From contig JACOXZ010000001.1 of NCBI GenBank assembly GCA_016182105.1, forward strand, positions 1 to 53,351: a stretch of 53,351 nt of DNA, read 5' to 3'. How positions within the stretch are numbered: the first letter of the stretch is position 1; the number at the start of each line of letters is the position of its first letter. The notes under the pieces are model-generated. The model was given only the letters and a program-made list of their open reading frames with translations. It made no database searches and was not told where the DNA came from. This document shows, one piece after another, positions 8,544 to 15,377 of this stretch. The DNA is from Candidatus Liptonbacteria bacterium. Its GTDB lineage: Bacteria; Patescibacteriota; Minisyncoccia; UBA6257; 2-01-FULL-56-20. The position numbers and the translations under genes were made by a program.

Positions 8544-8572
8544 AAAAAAAGGGCCTAACGCGAACGTTAGGC
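8544..8572 (-). terminator. Rho-independent terminator
   Basis: GCCTAACG-TTCG-CGTTAGGC hairpin followed by T7 on the minus strand. Confidence 0.75.
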
Positions 8573-8600
8573 ACTTTCTATATAACAAGGTAAAAACTCT

Positions 8601-8903
8601 TTAAGCGAGTAATTTTTCTGCCCGCTCCCGGATCGTCTCCTCGATTTTCCCCCTGAAGAAATTCGCCGCGAAAGGGAGACGACCTACGAGTTCCACCTCG
8701 GACGGCTTCACGGTCAAGGTCCCGGACACGGAAAAACCAATAGCCGAGAAACTGAACTTGCCTCTCGAGCCGTTCCACTCTTCACAGAGATTGCTGATCT
8801 TGTAAGCGAATTCTGTCTTCACCTCTCCCAGCAAGCCCTTGATGCGCCTCAAGGCCTCGTCTTGGGAAAGACGATGAGGGATGGTCATGTTTAGCTTCGG
8901 CAA
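8601..8903 (-). CDS. Polyhydroxyalkanoic acid system family protein (PHA_gran_rgn-like)
   Basis: Pattern IPHRLSQDEALRRI...W.G....F......SG.L.V....V.L...LPF......KIE..I......LL. SD AAAGGAGGT upstream of TTG. Confidence 0.8.
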   Translation of the reverse strand: MPKLNMTIPHRLSQDEALRRIKGLLGEVKTEFAYKISNLCEEWNGSRGKFSFSAIGFSVSGTLTVKPSEVELVGRLPFAANFFRGKIEETIRERAEKLLA

Positions 8904-8996
8904 TTGTGTAACCTCCTTTCACTATCTATCTAGGATTAAAATTCAATTTTCTGACTATAAAAATACACCTAAAAATATATTTTGTCAATATATATG

Positions 8997-9070
8997 CGCC
9001 CTCGGGCAGACTCGAACTGCCAATCTTCGGCTTCGGAGGCCGACGTTCTATCCAGTTGAACTACGAGGGC
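8997..9070 (-). tRNA. tRNA-Arg(CCG)
   Basis: GCCCTCG/CGAGGGC acceptor stem, D arm TAGTTCAACTGGATAGAAC, anticodon arm TCGGC-CTCCGAA-GCCGA, T loop GTTCGAG. CCA is not encoded. Confidence 0.96.
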
Positions 9071-9076
9071 TAAACC

Positions 9077-10234
9077 CTACTTTAATATAAACTGATAGAT
9101 CTCGTAAACAGCGGCCAGAACAAAAACAGTGGCCAAAAAATTCAAAAAAATCTTCCCGCCTCTAGGCAAGCTCAAAACTCTTTGTCCTAAGGAAACAATT
9201 AGCCAATACTGAAGCCCTAAGAAAACGCCGCCCACCAAACTCACGACGGCCAAAAAATTATTCAGCCCTAAAAGCAAAAGAGTAATCGGCAAAAACAAAA
9301 CCAGGCTGAAGCTCAAATTCTTTGACCAGCCTCTTTCTTCAAGCGAACTTTTTATCTCAAGGCCGATCGGCACATAGGAGGTCCAGATTGCGAAAAGACC
9401 GAGAGAGCCCAGGATCCCAAGTTTCCATGAAGGCCAACCCTGGAGACCAGAGATCGCATCCGGTGTGATGGTTTCGGTTGAACCCAAAATCGCAAAAGCG
9501 AAAATAATATAGAGAAGGGCGGCTAAAAAAGTGCCGAATAAAAGCGCTCGAGCCGGAGGCCGCCCCACTAAAGTGGGGCGAGCCTCGCCTTTATCAGGGG
9601 CGGGCCGCGCACCCAAGGACTTGGTTTTTTTCGCGTACTCGTAAATCGGCTCGACTGCGGTCCAGGCCGCCAGGGCAAAAATAATAGGCGAGAAAGGAAG
9701 AAGGATATTTTTGAAATTAAAAGCTGGCACCCTCTCTAAAATCCCGTAAGTAGGTGCGGTAAAGAAAATAAAAAGAATAATTCCTCCCATAAAAACTGCG
9801 CCCAGGAGCTCCAGGGATATGAGCCGTCTCAAACTCAAAATTATGGGGAGCGAACTTATAAGCCAAAATAAAATAAATTCTCTTATACCGGCGCTAGGCA
9901 TTATCAGAGCTATAAACTCACGGGCTAAAATAAGGTAAACAACTAAGGTTAAAATCAGTCCACCGATAATAATTAAAAAAGCCGAGTAATATCCGGCTTG
10001 GCCAAAGTATTTTTTTATCAAACCAAGGAGCTTCACCCTGTCCCCGGCCTTTGCAAGAACCTGCCAGTATAAAAGATGGACTGAAAAGATTAGGCTCGAG
10101 ATTAAACCGATGTATAAAATACTGAGGAGCCAACCTGATTTGCTGAATATATAAGGAATAGCGAAAACTCCGGCACCAATGGTTGTGGCGGTAAGGAGCC
10201 CGACCTCCCAAACAAAGTTTTTAAAACGACTCAT
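9077..10234 (-). CDS. Aromatic amino acid permease family (HAAAP/APC) transporter
   Basis: TTIGAGVFAIPY..SKSGW N-terminal motif and ~11 TM helices. Carries an in-frame palindromic insertion near 9545-9612. Confidence 0.85.
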   Translation of the reverse strand: MSRFKNFVWEVGLLTATTIGAGVFAIPYIFSKSGWLLSILYIGLISSLIFSVHLLYWQVLAKAGDRVKLLGLIKKYFGQAGYYSAFLIIIGGLILTLVVYLILAREFIALIMPSAGIREFILFWLISSLPIILSLRRLISLELLGAVFMGGIILFIFFTAPTYGILERVPAFNFKNILLPFSPIIFALAAWTAVEPIYEYAKKTKSLGARPAPDKGEARPTLVGRPPARALLFGTFLAALLYIIFAFAILGSTETITPDAISGLQGWPSWKLGILGSLGLFAIWTSYVPIGLEIKSSLEERGWSKNLSFSLVLFLPITLLLLGLNNFLAVVSLVGGVFLGLQYWLIVSLGQRVLSLPRGGKIFLNFLATVFVLAAVYEIYQFILK

Positions 10235-10497
10235 TCGACCTCGTAGACCTCGTCCCCTTCCCGGACTTTTCCGCTCACCTTGATGCCGACTTCCTGGCCT
10301 TTTTTAGCTAACTCAATCGGCTTGTGCTCAAACTGCATTGAAGAAATCATCTCATCAAAATCAGTGGTCGCGCCTTTGAACTTCACTTTCGCGCCAACAT
10401 TGATCGTCTTATTAAATTTGACGATGGCTACGCTCAAATGACCGTAAAAGTGGGTGACCTCGCCAATTGGTTTTGGCTCTGAAGTTTTTTTGGGCAT
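10231..10497 (-). CDS. Small translation-factor domain II-like beta-barrel protein (peptidase U32 C-terminal-like)
   Basis: IGEVTHFY..LSVA...SMQ.EH..I..AKKGQEVGIKV..KVREGDEVY. Confidence 0.75.
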   Translation of the reverse strand: MPKKTSEPKPIGEVTHFYGHLSVAIVKFNKTINVGAKVKFKGATTDFDEMISSMQFEHKPIELAKKGQEVGIKVSGKVREGDEVYEVE

Positions 10498-10518
10498 AAA
10501 AATTTATTTAAATTTTAT

Positions 10519-11118
10519 TTACGACCTTTTACTTTCCTTTTCTTCACTTTGAATAAGTCCGATAACTTTATCAAGCAGATCTGTAGGGTCGCTCGAAAAA
10601 ATGATGTTCTTAGAACCGCGCCGCGCCTTCTCGATAATTTCAGGAATCATATCGGCCATGCCGCCGGTCCCGGTCAAAATCCCTTGCGGCTTTTTGTCTT
10701 CAAAGGCGATAGTAAATTCATTCAAAGTCCCCATCCGCCCGCAAAGGATGACGACCGCGTCAGCGGCCCTCGTTAAAAGGAGGTTCCGGCCAGCATAATC
10801 AAAACCGGTATAGACGATCAAGTCGTGGTAATCAAGCGGCAAGCGATAGACGGTCGAATGCTCTAATTTTGAGGTAGCCGGCGAAAAACCAATCACAATG
10901 CCTCCGGCTTCTTTCGCACCCTTGGCTGCCCAGTAAGGCAGGCCGGTTGTGGCCCCGGTTACCAAAATCATGTTGTGCTCGGCAATGAGGCGACCAAGCT
11001 CTTCGGCTTTTTCGAGAGTGCCCGGAACACAGTGCCCGGTTTCAGCCGCGCCAGAAACGCAGATTTTATATTTCAAATGGTAAAGTTCTTTCTCGTGACC
11101 GTGATTCTTTTTCGGCAC
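10519..11118 (-). CDS. LOG family (Rossmann-fold nucleotide-binding) protein
   Basis: LVTGATTGLP..AAKGA..AGG, RN.LL...ADA, G..GTLNEF motifs. Confidence 0.85.
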   Translation of the reverse strand: MPKKNHGHEKELYHLKYKICVSGAAETGHCVPGTLEKAEELGRLIAEHNMILVTGATTGLPYWAAKGAKEAGGIVIGFSPATSKLEHSTVYRLPLDYHDLIVYTGFDYAGRNLLLTRAADAVVILCGRMGTLNEFTIAFEDKKPQGILTGTGGMADMIPEIIEKARRGSKNIIFSSDPTDLLDKVIGLIQSEEKESKRS

Positions 11119-11139
11119 GAGTTAATTATAGCACACCCT

Positions 11140-12498
11140 TTAGAGCTCAAATTTATCGCCAAGCTTCGGAATCACGGTGTCCAAAGCTAATTCGTCCTGG
11201 ATTTTTTGCGCCAAAGCCTCGCTCGCTCCTTCTTCGCCCTGGACAACAAAAACTTTTTTGAGCGAATTTCTCATCGAGGAAAGCCAGTCAAGGAGCCGCG
11301 GCTGGTCAGCGTGAGCCGAATAGCCGCTGATCGAAATCCGGCGGCACCTTACAAGAACTTCTTCGCCTAAAATTTTAACCGAAGGGGCGCCTTCTAAAAT
11401 CTGTCGGCCTAAAGATTCTTTGGCTTGATAACCTACAAACAAAATCGCGCTCTTTGGATCTCCTATATACCTCTTCTCATGATGCAGGATTCTTCCGCCA
11501 TGCGACATTCCCGAACCAGCAATAATAACTTTAGGAGAAGGAACCGCGTTGATGCTCTTTGATTCATCGGTTGTGAGGGTGAAGTGAAGTCCTGAAAAGT
11601 TCAAGATGTCATCGCCTGATCGGACCAAGCGGTAGGTTTCCGCGTTAAAATAATTTTCATATTTTTTATAAACGACGGTGAGTTTGATGGCCAAAGGGCT
11701 ATCAATAAATACAGGCACCTTAGGAACCCGGCCCTGCTCGAAGAGCTCGTGGAGGTGGTACAAAAGTTCCTGAGTCCGCTCCATTGCAAAAGTCGGGATC
11801 ATGAGAACGCCTCCGGACTTCACCGTATCTTCAATCGCGTCTTCAAGTTGTTCTCGCCTTTTATCAATGCCTTCGTGAATTCGGTCGCCGTAAGTCGACT
11901 CGATCAAACAATAATCAGCTGAAGAGACTTTCTCGGTTCTTTGGATTATTGGGGCTGGGAAATTCCCTAAATCGCCAGAAAAAACAAGGGTTTTGCCTTC
12001 GGTTTTTATCTTTATAATCGCTGACCCTAAAATGTGTCCGGCATCTAAAAGCTCAACCTCAAAATCCTCAAAATTAAGTTTGCGGTGGTAGCTAAGCCCT
12101 GACCAGAGACTCATCGCGCCTTCAACATCGCGGCTCGTGCAAATTGGCGGCTTCCCCTCACGTTCAGCTTCCCTAGCCAAGATGTGTTCGGAGTCTAAAA
12201 GCAAAAGCTCGGCGAAATCGCGAGTGGCTGGTGTTGAGAAAATTTTACCGCGGAAGCCGTCTCTGAAAAGCTTGGGCAGGCGGCCGATATGATCAATGTG
12301 AGCATGGGTTATAAAAACCGCTTTTATTGTTTTAGGATCATAAGGGAAATCTTCAAAGTTATGACGCCCAGCATAATGACTGCCTTGATAAAGACCGCAG
12401 TCAATTAAAATTTTTTTCACCTCGTTTCCTTTTTTTGTTTCTAAAAGATAATTAGCTCCGGTCACGCTTTGCGCGCCGCCGTAAAAAGTCAAATTCAT
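11140..12498 (-). CDS. MBL-fold beta-CASP ribonuclease
   Basis: THAHIDHIG, AGHILGS, SGDLG, ESTYG, AGSGM..GGRI, SAHAD motifs. Confidence 0.93.
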   Translation of the reverse strand: MNLTFYGGAQSVTGANYLLETKKGNEVKKILIDCGLYQGSHYAGRHNFEDFPYDPKTIKAVFITHAHIDHIGRLPKLFRDGFRGKIFSTPATRDFAELLLLDSEHILAREAEREGKPPICTSRDVEGAMSLWSGLSYHRKLNFEDFEVELLDAGHILGSAIIKIKTEGKTLVFSGDLGNFPAPIIQRTEKVSSADYCLIESTYGDRIHEGIDKRREQLEDAIEDTVKSGGVLMIPTFAMERTQELLYHLHELFEQGRVPKVPVFIDSPLAIKLTVVYKKYENYFNAETYRLVRSGDDILNFSGLHFTLTTDESKSINAVPSPKVIIAGSGMSHGGRILHHEKRYIGDPKSAILFVGYQAKESLGRQILEGAPSVKILGEEVLVRCRRISISGYSAHADQPRLLDWLSSMRNSLKKVFVVQGEEGASEALAQKIQDELALDTVIPKLGDKFEL

Positions 12499-13082
12499 TC
12501 TGGTTTTTTACCGGTCAAGATTTTCAAGGCGAGCCGGAGACGATCCTCAAGTTTTTGATGATTGCTCCCAACTTTCTCTAATGCAATACGGACCTCATCA
12601 CGACGATAGCCTAAGCTACAAAGAGTTTCTATAAGATCAACGTCTGATTCTATCCTTTTAACTGTCTCTCCTGACTCATCTAAATGAACCTTGCTTTTAA
12701 GCTCAAGGATGATCCTCTCTCCGGTTTTCCGGCCAATGCCAGCAGCTCTAGTTAAAAGATCTGGCCGCTCTTCTTTTATTGCTGCGAGTAGATTTTTTAG
12801 TTCAGCCACATCCATAATGGAAATAGCTGATTTTGGTCCTACACCTGAGACAGAAATTAAGAGCTCAAAAAATTCGAGCTCTTGGGTATTTAAAAAACCG
12901 TAAAGCTCCAGGCCCTCTTCGCGGAGATAAAGATAGGAAAAGATTTTTAAACCGCTGCCTATGGGGGGCAGATTAGCGAGCGTCCGGCGATGAGTAAAAA
13001 CTTTTAATCCAAAACCACTGATTTCAAGAACTAAAAAATTATCACCAGTTTCTACAAGCTTACCAGTCAAACTGTAAAGCAT
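12495..13082 (-). CDS. ruvA: Holliday junction branch migration protein RuvA
   Basis: LYGF..QE.EFF..LISVSGVGPKSA, GIGRKTGERIILELK, L.SLGY. Start set at MLYSLTG (ATG 13082), 6 nt after TATAAT. Confidence 0.95.
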   Translation of the reverse strand: MLYSLTGKLVETGDNFLVLEISGFGLKVFTHRRTLANLPPIGSGLKIFSYLYLREEGLELYGFLNTQELEFFELLISVSGVGPKSAISIMDVAELKNLLAAIKEERPDLLTRAAGIGRKTGERIILELKSKVHLDESGETVKRIESDVDLIETLCSLGYRRDEVRIALEKVGSNHQKLEDRLRLALKILTGKKPE

Positions 13083-13102
13083 AGCCATATTATAAAGGTC
13101 AA

Positions 13103-13172
13103 CCCCATTAGAAATAAGCCCTGCCATGGCGGGGCTATCGCCCCCTTCTATGAGGGTGGATTTCTAAACGGG
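13103..13172. mobile_element. Short TIR element with internal hairpins
   Basis: Imperfect TIRs CCCCATTAGAAAT / ATTTCTAAACGGG, 4-bp direct flanks TCAA (13099-13102, 13173-13176), internal GCCCTGCCATGGCGGGGC hairpin. Confidence 0.6.
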
Positions 13173-13192
13173 TCAAGAAGAAAGTGACGGAA

Positions 13193-13221
13193 TTGACGGG
13201 AATAGTTTTTTATGATATAAT
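13193..13221 (+). promoter_or_regulatory. Strong sigma70 promoter
   Basis: TTGACG (13193-13198), 17 nt spacer, TATAAT (13216-13221) with extended TG. Confidence 0.75.
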
Positions 13222-13381
13222 ATATACAAAGAGGCAATTCGGCAAAAGATCCGGCAATCGGCAATTTTAATTCGGCAATTGCCGGATTCGTTTTTGCCGG
13301 ATTAGTTTTTGCCGTATATAGTAAAATCAAGCTTATCCGATAATGCGATAAAACCTACGTTTTAGCCAAAAAAGCTTGTAA

Positions 13382-13552
13382 AAAATGTTTAGCGCTAAAC
13401 ATTTTATTTTTTATTTTTATAAAAAACTAGGTTTTACGGGCAAATTTTGGTTTTTGTTGTTTTCAATGTTTAGCGCTAAACATTGCGCACGGAAAAATTG
13501 TTTAGCGCTAAACATCGTGTTAATCTGTAAAAAATGTTTAGCGCTAAACATT
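13382..13552. repeat. Cluster of four perfect palindromes with core TGTTTAGCGCTAAACA (fifth copy at 13836-13855)
   Basis: Copies at 13382-13405, 13464-13485, 13499-13514 and 13533-13552. Confidence 0.9.
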
Positions 13553-14001
13553 GTGCACAAAGAACAGGGAAAATAGGCGAAGAAAAAGCCTGTGAATTCT
13601 TAAAATCTAAAGGGTATCAAATAATCAAAAGAAACTACCAAAAACCATGGGGTGAAATAGATATTATCGCCTTCACACCAGACAAAACACTTGTATTTTT
13701 TGAGGTAAAAACCATACGGTCCCGCTATGCGGGATCTCGCGAAGCGAGACAATTTTATGATAATTGGGCGGATTCTCTCAAGCCAGAGGATAATTTAAGC
13801 CAAGCCAAGTTAAAAAAGATCCGTCGTTCAGCGCAAATGTTTAGCGCTAAACATTCCGATTTAATTTGTGAAGAAAAAGGTTGGCGTATAGATCTTCTTG
13901 CGTTGACCTTTCGACAGAACTTAGGATCAATCCTAAACGAGTCGAATGGATTGACAACAAATAAAGAAGATTGTATAATAAATCATTACCAAAATATATA
14001 A
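13534..14001 (+). CDS. yraN: YraN family (UPF0102) PD-(D/E)XK-like protein
   Basis: G..GE..A..FL..KGY.I..RN....WGEIDII......LVF.EVK motif. Contains palindromic insertions. Start is uncertain. Confidence 0.88.
   Translation: MFSAKHCAQRTGKIGEEKACEFLKSKGYQIIKRNYQKPWGEIDIIAFTPDKTLVFFEVKTIRSRYAGSREARQFYDNWADSLKPEDNLSQAKLKKIRRSAQMFSAKHSDLICEEKGWRIDLLALTFRQNLGSILNESNGLTTNKEDCIINHYQNI
13951..13979 (+). promoter_or_regulatory. Consensus sigma70 promoter inside the yraN 3' end, facing yebC-ruvC
   Basis: TTGACA, 17 nt spacer, TATAAT. Confidence 0.75.
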
Positions 14002-14022
14002 ATATATAATTACTAGGCTAGC

Positions 14023-14553
14023 ATGTCTGGTCACAGCAAGTGGACCCAGATCAAACATCAAAAAGGCGTTGCTGACCAAAAACGCGGGGAGTTGTTTTCT
14101 AAACTTTTAAACGCCGTCTCCGTTGCAGCTAAGGAAAATCCTAACCCTCAATTTAATCCTCGGCTCCGAGCAGCCATACTTAAGGCCAAAGAAAATAATG
14201 TGCCTCTAGAAAATATTGACCGGGCAATTAAGCGAGCTTTGGAAAGCCATAAAAATTTAGAAGAGTTTATTTTTGAGGCTTACGGGCCAGGCGGCGCGGC
14301 AATTTTGATCAAAGCTGTAAGTGACAATAAAAACAGAATTATTGCCGAAGTTAAAAAAATTTTAGGCGAATCTAACGGCAAGTGGGCAGAAGCGGGCAGT
14401 GTTATCTGGGCCTTTGAAAGAACTGCCGAGGGCTGGAAGGTAAAATTCAACCAGCCTTTAAATGAAGAGGGCAAGACCAAGCTTAAAGCGCTTCTTGAGG
14501 CTTTGCGTAATCAGGAAGACATCCAGGAAGTTTATGTGAATGCCGAACTTTAA
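14023..14553 (+). CDS. yebC: YebC/PmpR family protein (short form)
   Basis: MSGHSKWTQIKHQK, NPRLR.AI..AK..N.P..NI.RAI, EAYGPGG, DN.NR. Confidence 0.93.
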   Translation: MSGHSKWTQIKHQKGVADQKRGELFSKLLNAVSVAAKENPNPQFNPRLRAAILKAKENNVPLENIDRAIKRALESHKNLEEFIFEAYGPGGAAILIKAVSDNKNRIIAEVKKILGESNGKWAEAGSVIWAFERTAEGWKVKFNQPLNEEGKTKLKALLEALRNQEDIQEVYVNAEL

Positions 14554-14561
14554 CTTTAACA

Positions 14562-15038
14562 ATGACTATTTTGGGTATTGACCCTGGCTCGCGGCGGATC
14601 GGCTACGGTCTAATTCAAAAAAACTTAAATCAGCTAAAATTCTTAAGTGCCGGCATTTTGAAGATAAAAAGCCGAAATAGCTTTGAGGTCTTCGGGGAAA
14701 TTAAAGATCAAATGGACTTCTTAATTAAAAAATTTCAGCCAAAAATTATTGCGGTTGAAAAACTTTATTTGGTCCGTAACCAAAAGACTGCGATCGAAAC
14801 CGCGGAGGCCAGGGGCATAATCATTCTCTCCGCCACCGAACATCGCATAACCGTAAAGGAGTACTCCCCAAACGAGATTAAGGCCGGTGTTACCGGTTAT
14901 GGATTGGCCGACAAAAAAGCAGTGGCTAAAATGGTGCGCGCGACCCTAGCCGAACCCCGGCTAAATTTTATTGATGATGCGACTGACGCCTTGGCGGTTG
15001 CCATTCTTGCGAGCCAAAAGGGGGTTGACATGGAGTAA
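14562..15038 (+). CDS. ruvC: Crossover junction endodeoxyribonuclease RuvC
   Basis: ILGIDPG, AVEKL, ARG, Y.P.EIK..VTGYG.ADK, DDATDALAVA. Confidence 0.95.
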   Translation: MTILGIDPGSRRIGYGLIQKNLNQLKFLSAGILKIKSRNSFEVFGEIKDQMDFLIKKFQPKIIAVEKLYLVRNQKTAIETAEARGIIILSATEHRITVKEYSPNEIKAGVTGYGLADKKAVAKMVRATLAEPRLNFIDDATDALAVAILASQKGVDME

Positions 15039-15052
15039 GGCTTTCATATACT
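15025..15052 (+). promoter_or_regulatory. Sigma70-type promoter upstream of a small acidic ORF
   Basis: TTGACA, 16 nt spacer, TATACT. Confidence 0.55.
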
Positions 15053-15118
15053 GGTTGAAAATCGCAAAATCATTTGAGAAACTAATTGTTAAAAGGTCGG
15101 CTATTAAGGTGTGAGATT

Positions 15119-15289
15119 ATGATTACCGGCTTAAAAAATCCAAAACTAGCCTTGTGGCGATACCAAAATATCGACGAAGACGAGGCTCTCGAGAACCAAG
15201 AAGAAGATGGTTTTGAAGATGATGAATCAGAAGAAAACGACGAAGAAGACGGCGGTCTCGGGGAAGGCGACGGCAGTCTTGAAGAATAA
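15119..15289 (+). CDS. Small, highly acidic hypothetical protein (56 aa)
   Basis: ATG at 15119, D/E-rich tail, own promoter and a downstream hairpin (AAATTCCCC/GGGGAATTT, ~15313-15352). Confidence 0.5.
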   Translation: MITGLKNPKLALWRYQNIDEDEALENQEEDGFEDDESEENDEEDGGLGEGDGSLEE

Positions 15290-15377
15290 ATTTTATTAAT
15301 CTCTCATTTTGGAAATTCCCCCACCAGGACCTTGCGCCGATTGGGGGAATTTTATATTAAAATATAAGAGTAGGGCA

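Noticed and set aside
7810-9070. Integrative element at tRNA-Arg
   Set aside because: No integrase, and I found no duplicated tRNA 3' end. Only the two SD-led genes hint at acquisition.
13382-13552. CRISPR array
   Set aside because: Repeats are only 16-24 bp perfect palindromes, spacing is irregular (81/32/36), spacers are too short and there are no cas genes.
13148-13576. ORFs 13148-13330 (-) and 13385-13576 (+)
   Set aside because: Their peptides are simply translations of DNA repeats, with no protein-like features.
14023-14553. Short YebC (also short Jag and PcrA, and no ruvB in the window) as pseudogenes or pathway loss
   Set aside because: Core motifs and both termini are intact, compact forms are expected in reduced genomes, and ruvB may lie outside the window.
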